Positions 11,501 to 20,618 of a DNA stretch of 64,000 bases are shown piece by piece (within the stretch, counting starts at the first letter, position 1; the number at the start of each line of letters is the position of its first letter). This DNA is from Planctomycetota bacterium (GTDB lineage: Bacteria; Planctomycetota; UBA8108; SXIK01). The notes below the pieces were generated by a model. The model was not told where the DNA came from, did not search any database, and was given only the letters and a program-made list of their open reading frames with translations. The stretch lies in the NCBI GenBank assembly GCA_965223265.1, contig OZ244999.1, positions 3,136,001 through 3,200,000 on the forward strand, read 5' to 3'. Made by a program: the position numbers and the translations under genes.

Positions 11501-11569
11501 CATGCGCCGAGGTTTGGCTGAACGAGTAAGACGCTCGCGCGAAGATTGCGCACGCCCGCGACGTAGCAT
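8543..11569 (-). CDS. PPC (pre-peptidase C-terminal) domain protein of the planctomycete DUF1549/WD40 cluster
   Basis: FPPGGQVGTTVEVTLEGSDL, GRFGVSNPRVFAV, repeated EKEPN/EAEPNN motifs and a coiled-coil insert near the C-terminus. Strong SD (AAGAGGAGG) before ATG 11569. Confidence 0.9.
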   Translation of the reverse strand: MLRRGRAQSSRERLTRSAKPRRMFGGLPLCAVVFACSQVSAQFPAARVLSCFPPGGQVGTTVEVTLEGSDLDETSALLFSTAGITAEQVAEPPGPLEKDPQPVPNRFRLTIAPDVEPGLYEMRARGRFGVSNPRVFAVDDRVHAIEKEPNATTEEANPIPLRSVLSGRVNGAADVDVIRIDLIQGQRVFIECRAQRIDSRLEAVIKFLDAAGRELASAHHNAGGDALLDVTAPASGAYFIKLHDFLFRGGNDYFYQLLVRTGPQIDFVFPPAGTPGATEKFAVYGRNLPGGEPTDVLLGERQLERLEVTIPVQVESLPPPRVGAPIGPAESSVGSFNYRLRSDSGSSNSVRIGYATAPVTVEAEPNNTAAESQTITPPCEVMGQFYPELDEDFYEFEATKGSVYRIEVISHRLGLATDPQLVLQRITRSEDGKETVQEVSAQDDGTTNVGGLLWDTRSDDPAIRFTAPESGTYRVLVIDHFNGLSKDPWRIYRLIVRPEQPDFSLVAFPVMPDAEAKGAAFLPDVWSPLLRRGGTERLRVVALRRDGFGGAIRLAVENLPAGVQCVPTTIEAGKNSADLILAAAEDAPQWNGTIRVIGYGKHPRGDLVRAARAGTVVWAAIASQATLQARVTRELSLAVSAVEAAPFSVRVGSGLPLEMARGGKLSVPVYVTRRDGFAGNVTVTLTGLPGNVEAKPLTIEGNVSSKPMEIVLKENAPVGSYRLNVETRSEVAYRRNPQAAAKADARKQELEKMVQELTTKIETSKKRLEVIMSTFADVSQQLADRLEKELAAAKENVAANKESSAGIDEKAKNLAGKFAAVETAAKEAKAQAEGLAAEKAQLEKLSVELASQLEVAQKAKDIAVKRAETATKANEPQQRKVELAAMPTQLSITASPLGLVARANAITVHQGDTNVPLSFEIIRLYGLQEDVTVALEAPEKAKGIAAAAVTIAKQGAHGTLSISVAPNTPPGTHNATLKASFKWNGRDLTSTRTIQVNVQAYDAPEEEF

Positions 11570-11901
11570 CCCCAACCTCCTCTTACAGTGGTTTAAAGGA
11601 ACGCACGCAGACGCCACCAATCGCCGCGCACGTCAAAGTGTTGTTTCGAATGCCTCTCACTTTAACTGCAGGCGAGATTGGACGGTACACAAAAAGAGGG
11701 GCGTCGCCCGCGGGCCTGACTCGTTCACCGCGCTTTGCGTGAACAAATGCCAGTCGAAGCCCCGCTCTTTCATGAACTGCGTCGCCGGTCGGATCGTTTT
11801 GGGTGGAAATCTCGCTCGAAGCTCGTCCGCGGTGGCGCGCCCTTCTGAGTGCGCGTAGCCGCCGCTGCGAGGAAGGGGCACACGCGTCGCTATGGAGCCG
11901 G

Positions 11902-13023
11902 TTAGCGGCTGTCGTCCGCGTCGTTGGCTCTTGCGTCCGCGGCCAAATCGGCGCGGATGCGAAGGGCGACACTTGGATCGACCATCGCCTGCGTCGCAAT
12001 GTGAGTGGCGTGGGCGCCCCGGGCCAAGTAGGCCTGGACGTCGGCGGCAGATCGTACGCCGCCGACTCCGATGAGCTGGAGGGCGCAGCGCTGTTCTGCA
12101 ATGATCGCCGCGAAGATTTCGGTCTGCACAAGCGAGGCGTCCAGCGTGGCAGCGCCGCAGATGCCTCGTCTCTCGCCGCCGAAGAGACGCCTGCCGCCGT
12201 GGTCCACAACCGTGGTGGCAACGCTGTTGGTCATCGCTAGCGCCGTGGCGTGAGGCGCGAGCGACTCGACGAGCTGAGCAGCTGCGGTATGGTCCGTGAC
12301 GTGGCCAATCTTGACGACCAAAGGCGTTGAGTCGATGGCCGCGCGAACCATCGCTGCCACCGTGGCCGCGTCTTGGGAATCCTGATAGAGCTGACCGTCG
12401 CAGGTAGCAACGTTAGGGCACGAGAAGTTGATCTCGACCGCGTCGGCGCCGCTTTGCACGGCCCATTGTGCACATTGAGCGTAGTCGGCTCCCAGTTCCT
12501 CTATCGACCAGCCATCCTGCATCGTGCCGACGACCGACACCGACAGAATCTTACGCTTCTCAAGGGCGTCGCGAGTGGCGGCGACATCGCGTCGCCACAC
12601 GTCGGGTGGCTGCGACGGCATACCAAACGCCACTGCCCAGCTGCCCCGCATTTCATCGATAGCAGGAACGTCGGTTTCATTTCCCTGCAGCGCGCCGCAG
12701 GCGACCGGCTGCAGGTTGGGAAGCTCGTAGCATGCGCGCTCGCGACTGCGAACCGTCTTGTAGGTCACCACGTCGAACCCGAGACTGGCGTAGTAGAGAC
12801 ACCAGCGGCCGTTCAGCAGTGGACCTGCCGGGACACCTAGCGGCGACGCGACGGGCAGGCCGCAGAATCGCCATTCGCCTGGAACTTCCGCCACCTCGCA
12901 GTCAAACGGCTCGGGGGCATGGTGGTAGTTCCATTTGTATGAGCGCGACCGATCGTACCTCGGGGCGCTTCGAAGAGCGTCGTTCGTCGGAGAAGCGTTC
13001 CTCCTCACGTCCGGATCGACCAC
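11902..13023 (-). CDS. Dihydroorotate dehydrogenase-like FMN TIM-barrel oxidoreductase
   Basis: PLGVPAGPLLN, VVTYKT, EINFSCPN (catalytic Cys loop), VVKIG, MTNS and LIGVGGV FMN-binding motifs. Confidence 0.85.
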   Translation of the reverse strand: MVDPDVRRNASPTNDALRSAPRYDRSRSYKWNYHHAPEPFDCEVAEVPGEWRFCGLPVASPLGVPAGPLLNGRWCLYYASLGFDVVTYKTVRSRERACYELPNLQPVACGALQGNETDVPAIDEMRGSWAVAFGMPSQPPDVWRRDVAATRDALEKRKILSVSVVGTMQDGWSIEELGADYAQCAQWAVQSGADAVEINFSCPNVATCDGQLYQDSQDAATVAAMVRAAIDSTPLVVKIGHVTDHTAAAQLVESLAPHATALAMTNSVATTVVDHGGRRLFGGERRGICGAATLDASLVQTEIFAAIIAEQRCALQLIGVGGVRSAADVQAYLARGAHATHIATQAMVDPSVALRIRADLAADARANDADDSR

Positions 13024-13185
13024 GTTAACAGCCCTCGCTGTACGCTGTTTCGAAGAGGAGGCTGAAACTCCAAGCGTGGGCTACCGTCATTGAGCAGAAT
13101 CGACTCACTTGATGCGAGCGCGTAAGGGGACTGCGGCCCCGCTGATGGCGGTTGCCCGGCCGGCATGAAGTCACCAGACGCGAGC

Positions 13186-15750
13186 TTAGTGATTGAAGAG
13201 AAACTCCTTGGTGTTCACGAGCGCCCAGATGATGTCCTCGAAAGCCTCTCGCGGTTTCTCAGTCTTTTCGAGGTGGGTCAAGGCAACTTTCGTCTCATCG
13301 CCTGTCGGAGCACGAGAGTAGACCCAATAGTAGAGATCCTCGACACGCTTCTCGACAGGCCTCTCGGTCTCCTTCGCGAAGGAGGCTGCACGGCCTGCGT
13401 CGGCCGTCAACATATCGTGGATTTCCTTCGAGTTGAGGAGATGGAGGCTCTGCGCCAGACTTGCGTCCTGTGAACGTTCGCACTCACACGAACTGTCGCC
13501 CTTCGGCTTGCCGAACACTTTCAGAAAGTAGTTGTCGACGCCGGCGTCCGGCAACTGAAGTGCTCGCGTCCCCGCCGGCAGGCCGGCAAACGTTCTCTTG
13601 TTGTCCGTTACCTGGTGCAGGGCGTCGTAGAGGACTTCCGCTTTCAGGCGCTGTGGGTAGTACCGCGAGTAGTTCTGTTTGTCCTTTTGGTTGTGCTCGT
13701 TCGGGAGCGCGCTCAACTGATAGGTACGTGACCGAGTGATGGTCCGCACCAGTTCCTTGAGGTCGAAGCCACTTTCGATGAATTGGCTCGCGAGAGCATC
13801 CAGCAGCTTTGGGTGAGATGCTGGATTGGTGAGCCGCAGATCGTCTTCTGGCTCGACAAGGCCACGGCCGAAGAAGTGCTTCCAGTAGCGATTGACGAGG
13901 GCGCGAGCAAAGAATGGATTGTCCTCGGAACCCATCCAACTCGCGAGTTCTTGGCGCGGGTCACGATCGGCTGCGATCTGGAGAGCCGTTCCTCCCAGTC
14001 CCGCCGGTCGCAGCTTCTCGCCCGAACGTGGATTGGTTGCGGTTGCAATACCACGCTTATGATAGATCCGCGGCTCATGGCGCGCCGAGACGCCGCGCCG
14101 CCCGTCTTTCTGGCCGACTTGGGAGAAGAACGCCGCGAAGCTGTAGTAATCCTTCTGGCTCCAGATCTCGAACGGATGGTGGTGACAGCGGGCGCATTGA
14201 ATGCGAAGCCCGAGAAAGAGCTGGGCCGTGTCCTCGACGCGCTGCTCTTGAGTCCGCACCGACTTGAACCAGGTGACGGGCGGATGGCGGACGACGTCAC
14301 CGCTGGCAGCAACGATCTCGCGCACGAACTGGTCGTATGGCTTGTTTGCCAAGAGGGCTGCGCGGATCCAGCCGTAGAACGCATAGGTGGCGCGGAGTTC
14401 TTGGTCGTTGAACTTTTTGTTGCGTAGCACTGCGCTCCACTTGTTGGCGAAGTTGTCCGCGTAGTCGGTGCTGGCGACGAGTCGTTCGATGAGCGCCTTC
14501 CGCTTGTCGGAGGACGTGTCAGCCAAGAATTCGCGCGCTTCGGGAGCCGTCGGCAACCGGCCGGCGATATCGACGGAAACGCGACGCAGAAATGCCTCGT
14601 CAGTCGCCAAGTCGGACGGTGGGATTCCGAGCGTCTCAAGCTTGGCGAAAATGTGTTCGTCGATGAAATTGTTCGCGGGCGGTAGTTCGACCGGCGCGCC
14701 GAGTGGGACGCTGGCACGGAAGACGCCGACGTTGCCTTGATAGCGCACCATGACAGCAACGACACCCGGCAACGTTCTCGTCTCGACGAGACCATTGGCA
14801 TCCACTTCAGCCATCTCGGTGTCGTTCGATTCGTACTGCGCCATGCGCGTGACATCTTCCATCGTGCCGTCGCTGTAGTGCGCCAAGACACTCAGCTGTT
14901 GCGGCTGATTCTTTTCCATCGTCCGCTCGGTGGGAAAGACTTCGATGCCGACCACCGTCGGGTCGTCGGCTGAGCCGTAGGGCATGCCCTGGCGCATCCA
15001 GCGACGCAGGAGTCGATACTCGTGCGACTCGCGTGTGATCCGCTCGCCGCCGCCGTGCGGCGCTTCGTTGGTCGCTTTGCGCAGAAGCAGGCTGTGCTCG
15101 GGAGAGAGCGGCGACACACGTCGCCCGCGAGACTCGTGGACGAGAAACTCGTAGTCCTCGTCGGGATAGAAGCCGAGCAGCGACAGACGAAAACCGTTCT
15201 GTCCGCCGGATTTGCCGTGGCAGCCGCCACCGTTGCAGCCGTACTTCGTAAAGATCGGGACGATCTGATTTGGAAAGTTCGTTGGCACCTCGGTGTCAAA
15301 CGCGACGACCTCAACTTCCAGCTCGGAGCGAAGGGCGTCCGTCTTTTCCTGCTCAAGAAGAGCGATGACGCTGGTCTTACCGTTGGCGAGAGGCGTGACG
15401 TAGCCGCTGTCGCTCACCTCGACGATGGCTTCCGGCGAGGTCGCGTAGGTGACGAGGTGCGAGATATCAGTCTTGGCTCCGTCTGCACCGATGCCAGTGG
15501 CGACCAGCTGGCGACGAGCGTCCCGTCCGCGCAGAAGGTGGCCATTCCTTGGCGCCAGTTCGATCGAAATCAAGTCGCTTGGAAGGGAGAGTCGGACGGC
15601 TTCGCTGGTCTCAGATTCCGGCTTGGCGTTCACAGCCGTGAACGCCAAAACGGCCACGAACAGGGTCGCCATCGGGACCGCGTTGACGACTGGGCGCCTA
15701 GTTTTGGGCTCAACACGAACGGAGTTTATAGACCGTGCCTCGGGCATCAT
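13186..15750 (-). CDS. DUF1549/DUF1553 domain protein with Ig-like domains
   Basis: CNGGGCHGKSGGQNGFRLSLLG, NNFIDEHI, DEAFLRRVSVDIAGRLPT, CARCHHHPFE, VNRYWKHFFGRGLV, CECER, EDIIWALVNTKEFLFNH. Confidence 0.93.
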   Translation of the reverse strand: MMPEARSINSVRVEPKTRRPVVNAVPMATLFVAVLAFTAVNAKPESETSEAVRLSLPSDLISIELAPRNGHLLRGRDARRQLVATGIGADGAKTDISHLVTYATSPEAIVEVSDSGYVTPLANGKTSVIALLEQEKTDALRSELEVEVVAFDTEVPTNFPNQIVPIFTKYGCNGGGCHGKSGGQNGFRLSLLGFYPDEDYEFLVHESRGRRVSPLSPEHSLLLRKATNEAPHGGGERITRESHEYRLLRRWMRQGMPYGSADDPTVVGIEVFPTERTMEKNQPQQLSVLAHYSDGTMEDVTRMAQYESNDTEMAEVDANGLVETRTLPGVVAVMVRYQGNVGVFRASVPLGAPVELPPANNFIDEHIFAKLETLGIPPSDLATDEAFLRRVSVDIAGRLPTAPEAREFLADTSSDKRKALIERLVASTDYADNFANKWSAVLRNKKFNDQELRATYAFYGWIRAALLANKPYDQFVREIVAASGDVVRHPPVTWFKSVRTQEQRVEDTAQLFLGLRIQCARCHHHPFEIWSQKDYYSFAAFFSQVGQKDGRRGVSARHEPRIYHKRGIATATNPRSGEKLRPAGLGGTALQIAADRDPRQELASWMGSEDNPFFARALVNRYWKHFFGRGLVEPEDDLRLTNPASHPKLLDALASQFIESGFDLKELVRTITRSRTYQLSALPNEHNQKDKQNYSRYYPQRLKAEVLYDALHQVTDNKRTFAGLPAGTRALQLPDAGVDNYFLKVFGKPKGDSSCECERSQDASLAQSLHLLNSKEIHDMLTADAGRAASFAKETERPVEKRVEDLYYWVYSRAPTGDETKVALTHLEKTEKPREAFEDIIWALVNTKEFLFNH

Positions 15751-16197
15751 GCACTTTCTCCCGCGTCGGACGTCGTAACGTATCGAACAATCACAGTTTA
15801 GCGTATCGCGACGTGACGATAACACGGATCCGGCTGGACGCGCAAGAACTTTGGGCGGGCGTAAGCGTCTCTCGGGCGTGCATCGCCGGTCGCTGGCGCT
15901 GCGCTGGGACCGCTGCCAGCCGCCGTCCGCATCGGTTGTCGATGTGGGCCGCGTGTGGTCTGTCGATTCAGCGCTTGGCTTGAGGTTCCCGACAGAGTGC
16001 GCGTTTGGGATACGAACGCAAGGACCGCTTTACATTCTTGAGCCTCCTCAACCTGTTGTGTCGCTTTGTAAATGTTTTTGTTTTAATGGTTTGAAGATCT
16101 TGTGCGGGATGGAGCGACGTTTGCTTCTTGTTTTGTCTCTGCACGAGTCCTTTCGTGGGTAAATCGCTGACCAGAGTCTCCATAAGGGGGGAGAGCT

Positions 16198-18672
16198 ATG
16201 AGTCCCGACCGCACACGGTTCGGTATGCGAGCTTGTTCCTCAGCGCCGCGTCTGTTGGCGCTGGATCCGTTGGTCCTGGCCCTTTCGGTTCTTGGGACCA
16301 TGACTTGGGTGTTGTTTCACGGCCCGTCGCTCGCTGCCGGCGAGGCTGTTGACGCCCGGGCGGCGCCGCTGCCGGCGATCGTTTTCGCTGAGCGCGATAC
16401 GATCGCCGCCGACCCCAGCGGCGTCATCACACGGTCGCGCCGAGGGCGTCTGGCCATTCGGGAGCCGGCCCGCGGCGACGTCCGCTATCTTGTCAGTAAC
16501 AGTGCCGGGGTCGGCTCGACTCCGGTCGACGTTACCGATCCCGACGTTTCATACGATGCCGAGCGCGTACTGTTTTCCGGCTATTCGCCCCGTGAACGCG
16601 CGTGGCGCATTTACGAGGTCCGCGTTGATGGCTCCGAGTTGCGTCAGATCACGACATCGGACGGCGACGAATTCAACGTCACGCTCCTCGGTGTCGGCAA
16701 CGCAGCGCTGCAGAGCTTTGACGATCTGGACCCTTGTTACTTGCCCGACGGACGAATCTGCTTTGTGTCGACGCGCTACCCGGCCTTGATTCCGAGTCAG
16801 CGCCAACGCGCAACGAACTTATTCGTCGTCAACCCCGATGGCTCGGATCTTCACCGCATCACCACCGAGCGTTTTGGAGCTGACACTCCGGCGGTCGATC
16901 CGATCAGCGGCAAGATTGTCTACTCGCGTTGGTGGCATTCGTTGCCACTCTCGTCAGTTGCGACCGGCACGACGACGACGGTCACCGACTCGATCCCTCC
17001 CGGCGGCTACTACAACACCGGGCCGCCACCACCACCGCCGCCAAGCGCTCTCTCGGGGGTTACCGAGTCGGCCTTCAGCGGGGTCAACAACTGGTTCCTC
17101 TCCGAGATCAACCCTGACGGTGAGGGATTGCGCATGTTCAGTGGCTTTCGGCTCGACCGACAGGCCTCACAAGCGTGGAAGCCTAGCTTTTTTGAGGACG
17201 GTACGGCCCTCTCGCTCTTTTTGCCCGAGCTTCCGAAGTTCGGCACTCCCGGGCGCAAGGGACTGCGGAAGGTCGAACCCGGCGCCACCGCGCCCGAAGA
17301 GCTTGCCGGCGTGCAGACGTTTCAGGGCGACGCAATTTCCGATTTCGAATACGCGAGCGCGGTGCCACTCGCCGACGGCCGAATCCTGGTAACAGGACGC
17401 TTCTCCAATGACCAGAGCGCGAATCTCTACATTCAGAGCGATCGACGTGCGCTGCCGTCCTTCCTGACAGGACAGCGCAGTTTCGCTGAGATCGATGCCG
17501 TGCCGGTCGTAACGCGCGATACGCCACCCGTGATTGTCGATGAGCTCGAGGATCGTCTAGCCGTGACTTCCGCGCTCGACGTCGAATCCGCCTACGAGCG
17601 TGGCACGTTCAAGTTCGTCGTCGAGAATCTGCATTTCAACGCTCCGGTCGACGTCGACATGCCGCATGCGCCGCCTGTCGGCTTTGGGCTGGCCATCGAG
17701 TTTTACATGGCTCCCCCGCAGGGCGACAGCGCCTCACCGAAGCCGATTCTGATCGAGCGCCGCGACGTCCCGGCCTCCGGCAGAGTTGAGGTGGAGCTCC
17801 CAGCCGGCGTGCCTCTCTTTGAGGTGCTGCGGCGGCCCAACGGCGAGATCGCCAGGGGGCGCGACGGTCAGGTCTATCATGTCGGTGGCATGAATTACGG
17901 TCGTGTGGGGACGCGATCCACGTGCGTCGGTTGCCATATGGGACATTCCATGATGGAGATGCCCGCGGATCCGGAGTGGACCAACTTAGCGACGAGCGCA
18001 GAGCTTGGGCTCCGCTCTCAGGAGAAACTTGTCGACCGCTCCACCGCGGAGGGTAGCACGGCGAGCGCCGGGACTGCATCGCTTGAGTGGCAGGAGCCAA
18101 TCTACGCTCGCGAAGTGGTTCTCTACGCGCCGCGGCCCGGGCCGCTCAACGAGCAGCGCATTTCCGCGGTGATTCTGCGCGCCTGGGATGGAACGCGGCG
18201 CACGGCGATGCTCGATCTGGAGCAAACCATCTCGCCCGAGGGGAGCAGGTTCGAGCTTGCGGCGAGTGACGGCGAACGCGTCCGTCTCGATCGTTTGGAA
18301 GTGATCGTTCCTGACGGCGGTGTTGAAGGAACATACCATGGGCGGGAGAGTCCGGTACTCGCTGAGATCGAGGTGATCGCGCGGGCAACAGGAACGGCGC
18401 GCTTTCGCCGCAGCGATACCAATTGCGATTCGGTCACGGACCTCTCGGATGCGGTGGCGACGCTCACGATGCTATTCGCTGGAAGCGACGACGTTTGTTG
18501 CCTTGAGGCGGCGGACTTCGACGCTGATGAGCGCGTCGATCTCGGCGACGCCGTGGCGCTGCTCAACCATCTCGTCAAAGGTGGACGAGAACCCGCCGAT
18601 CCGTTCGAATCCTGTGGCACCGTCACGAACACCGGTCGCCTCGGCTGCGAGGAGTCCAGGTGCCGTTCATGA
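16198..18672 (+). CDS. Secreted HzsA-related (hydrazine synthase alpha-like) beta-propeller/cytochrome protein with C-terminal dockerin-like module
   Basis: DPDVSYDAERVLFS, FDDLDPCYLPDGRICFVSTR, VEVELPAGVPLF, heme motif CVGCH. C-terminal RFRRSDTNCD...DAV...CLEAADFDADERVDLGDAV. SD GGGGAGAG upstream. Confidence 0.85.
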   Translation: MSPDRTRFGMRACSSAPRLLALDPLVLALSVLGTMTWVLFHGPSLAAGEAVDARAAPLPAIVFAERDTIAADPSGVITRSRRGRLAIREPARGDVRYLVSNSAGVGSTPVDVTDPDVSYDAERVLFSGYSPRERAWRIYEVRVDGSELRQITTSDGDEFNVTLLGVGNAALQSFDDLDPCYLPDGRICFVSTRYPALIPSQRQRATNLFVVNPDGSDLHRITTERFGADTPAVDPISGKIVYSRWWHSLPLSSVATGTTTTVTDSIPPGGYYNTGPPPPPPPSALSGVTESAFSGVNNWFLSEINPDGEGLRMFSGFRLDRQASQAWKPSFFEDGTALSLFLPELPKFGTPGRKGLRKVEPGATAPEELAGVQTFQGDAISDFEYASAVPLADGRILVTGRFSNDQSANLYIQSDRRALPSFLTGQRSFAEIDAVPVVTRDTPPVIVDELEDRLAVTSALDVESAYERGTFKFVVENLHFNAPVDVDMPHAPPVGFGLAIEFYMAPPQGDSASPKPILIERRDVPASGRVEVELPAGVPLFEVLRRPNGEIARGRDGQVYHVGGMNYGRVGTRSTCVGCHMGHSMMEMPADPEWTNLATSAELGLRSQEKLVDRSTAEGSTASAGTASLEWQEPIYAREVVLYAPRPGPLNEQRISAVILRAWDGTRRTAMLDLEQTISPEGSRFELAASDGERVRLDRLEVIVPDGGVEGTYHGRESPVLAEIEVIARATGTARFRRSDTNCDSVTDLSDAVATLTMLFAGSDDVCCLEAADFDADERVDLGDAVALLNHLVKGGREPADPFESCGTVTNTGRLGCEESRCRS

Positions 18673-18690
18673 CGCACAGGGCCGATGTGA

Positions 18691-18719
18691 GACGCATGTG
18701 ATAGCGACGCATGTGATAG
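18691..18719. repeat. Tandem 14-bp direct repeat GACGCATGTGATAG x2
   Basis: Exact copies at 18691-18704 and 18706-18719. Confidence 0.85.
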
Positions 18720-18731
18720 GCCTTGGCCGCC

Positions 18732-18904
18732 CGTCGAAGCGGAGCGGAGGGACTGTCAAGAGCGCGAGGCGCCGAGCGAGCGACGCACTCTTGACAGTCG
18801 CAGTGCGGCTCCGCTCGACGCAGGGGCGCCGAGGCCTGCCTCGCTCCTCCGCTACGACCCGAGCGGGATCGCGCCCGAGTCGCTCCTTGGCCTCGGCGCT
18901 CCTG
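18732..18904. repeat. Two adjacent long hairpins (palindromic intergenic element)
   Basis: Hairpin 1: GACTGTCAAGAG (18751-18762) / CTCTTGACAGTC (18788-18799), with outer arms CGTCGA..GCGGAGC / GCTCCGC-TCGACG. Hairpin 2: CAGGGGCGCCGAGGCC (18821-18836) / GGCCTCGGCGCTCCTG (18889-18904). Confidence 0.75.
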
Positions 18905-18946
18905 GCGCTGGCAGGCTCGACGCGAAATGGCCAAACTCGAGGCTAG

Positions 18947-19078
18947 CAGCCCCGGCCTCTTCACGCCCAGCTCAGCCGCGGCGAGCCTCGATCATCCCGA
19001 AGATTACCTACGTTCGCCGCGGCCGATCTGGACGCGAAACGACCAGTTTTCAGCTCGAAGCACTTTTTCAACGGGCTG
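18947..19078. mobile_element. MITE-like fold-back element, copy 1 (left arm internally deleted)
   Basis: Core CCGGCCTCTTCACGCCCAG...CTGGACGCGAA...CTTTTTCAACGGGCTG shared with the copies at 27031 and 63010. Flanked by CTAG/CTAG. The right CTAG contains the DUF1501 stop codon. Confidence 0.85.
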
Positions 19079-20560
19079 CTAGGCAAGGATTTTGTTGACC
19101 ACGTTACCGCCTACATCCGTGAGGCGAAAGTCGCGGCCTTGGAAGCGATACGTCAAGCGTCGGTGGTCGAAACCAAAGAGGTGCAGCAGCGTTGCGTGGA
19201 AGTCATTTACGTGGATTGGATCGTCGACGACGTTCCAGCCGATCGGGTCCGTGCGGCCGATCACTTGGCCGCCTTTGACGCCGCCACCAGCCATCCACAT
19301 CGAGTAGGCGAACGGGTGGTGGTCACGTCCCGTGTTGTACTTCCGTGAGCCTCGGTTCTCCCCAAGGGGCGTGCGGCCGAACTCCGAACCCCACACGACC
19401 AGAGTGTCATCCAAGAGTCCGCGTGTCTTGAGGTCGCGCAGAAGGGCGGCGATCGGTTGGTCCGCCATCGTCGCGTTGTAGCGCAGCTCAGGGTCCAGAT
19501 TGCTGTGATGATCCCACGACGCATGATAGACGTTGACGAAACGGACACCGCGCTCGACGAGACGTCTCGCCAGCAGGCAGTTGGTGGCGAACGAGCTGAA
19601 CACCCCCTGGCCGCTGCCGCGACCGCGGAGTTTCGGCTCCGGTCGACCGACGCCGTAATCCTCCAGCGTCCTTTGGCTCTCGTTCGACACGTCTATGAGC
19701 TCTGGTGCCGACGACTGCATGCGGAAAGCCAGTTCGTACGAGGCGATGCGGCTCGAGATTTCTGGATCCTGGACGGTCGAGAATCGCTGCCCGTTGAGTG
19801 CCCTAAGTGTGTCGAGACTCCGCCGCTGCACGTCGCGATCAACGCCCTTGGGATTGCCGAGGTTGAGAACCGGATCGCCTTGATTCCGAAACAGTACACC
19901 TGCGTAGGTCGAGGGCATAAAGCCGCTCGTCCAATTGGATGCGCCGCCACTAGTACCGCGACCGGCAGTGAGGACGACGTATCCCGGGAGATTCTCAGAC
20001 TCAGAGCCTAGCCCGTAATTGAGCCACGAGCCGATGCTCGGAAGGCCGAAGCGCGGCACCCCGGTGTTCATCATCAACTGCCCGGGATGATGATTGAACG
20101 CGTCGGTGTGCATGGAGCGGATCAAACAGATGTCGTCGGCGCACGAACCGAGATGGGGCAGCAGATCGGAAAGCTCCATGCCACAGCGACCGTGACGCTG
20201 GAATGTCCGCTTCGTCCCCAAGAGGGTCGCAGTCTCTTTCTGGATGAACGCGAAGCGCACATCTTTCGTCATCGACTCCGGTAGCTGTTTTCCGTGCAGT
20301 CGGTTCAGCTCGGGCTTTGGATCGAAGAGATCTAACTGGCTTGGCGCGCCCGCCATGAAAATGAAGATGCAATTCTTCGCGGTGCCAGCGAAATGGCCGG
20401 CTCGCGGTGCCAGGGGGTCTGTTCGTCCGGCGGGGTCGTTTGCTGCAAGGAGCCCGTCACGCGCTAGGAGTGAGGCCATCGCGACGGTGCCGATGCCGCT
20501 AGCCGACGTGGCGAGAAAACTTCTTCGAGTTGTGTCTACGACGCGTTCGCACGATTCCAT
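19079..20560 (-). CDS. DUF1501 domain protein (Tat-exported, sulfatase-like)
   Basis: TRRSFLA twin-arginine leader, CIFIFMAGAPSQLDLFDPKP, CLLARRLVERGVRFV, WDHH, SEFGRTP, GRDHHP, RLTDVGG. Confidence 0.95.
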   Translation of the reverse strand: MESCERVVDTTRRSFLATSASGIGTVAMASLLARDGLLAANDPAGRTDPLAPRAGHFAGTAKNCIFIFMAGAPSQLDLFDPKPELNRLHGKQLPESMTKDVRFAFIQKETATLLGTKRTFQRHGRCGMELSDLLPHLGSCADDICLIRSMHTDAFNHHPGQLMMNTGVPRFGLPSIGSWLNYGLGSESENLPGYVVLTAGRGTSGGASNWTSGFMPSTYAGVLFRNQGDPVLNLGNPKGVDRDVQRRSLDTLRALNGQRFSTVQDPEISSRIASYELAFRMQSSAPELIDVSNESQRTLEDYGVGRPEPKLRGRGSGQGVFSSFATNCLLARRLVERGVRFVNVYHASWDHHSNLDPELRYNATMADQPIAALLRDLKTRGLLDDTLVVWGSEFGRTPLGENRGSRKYNTGRDHHPFAYSMWMAGGGVKGGQVIGRTDPIGWNVVDDPIHVNDFHATLLHLFGFDHRRLTYRFQGRDFRLTDVGGNVVNKILA

Positions 20561-20618
20561 TCAGTGCTCCCTGCGACACAGGTTTTCTAACAAACTGCCG
20601 GCCGTCATCGAATCACAC

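Noticed and set aside
11902-13023. Definite pyrD assignment
   Set aside because: FMN and Cys-loop motifs are present, but the substrate-binding Asn motifs are atypical and there are no pyr neighbours. Left as DHODH-like.
13713-14891. Long alternative-frame and antisense ORFs (e.g. 13713-14891, 30598-31620, 35286-36170, 6029-6745)
   Set aside because: They overlap well-supported genes and mostly have skewed Arg/Ser/Pro/Ala-rich composition. This is expected for high-GC codon bias.
16060-16100. AT-rich tract as a specific regulator (IHF-like) site
   Set aside because: It is plausible in a divergent promoter region, but the match to any consensus is too loose to call.
16198-18672. Anammox hydrazine synthase
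   Set aside because: Only HzsA-like motifs are present. There are no hzsB/hzsC, and the extra jelly-roll and dockerin-like domains do not fit.
18691-19078. CRISPR array or integron attC site
   Set aside because: No regularly spaced repeat-spacer units, no cas or intI gene, and the palindromes lack RYYYAAC/GTTRRRY boxes.
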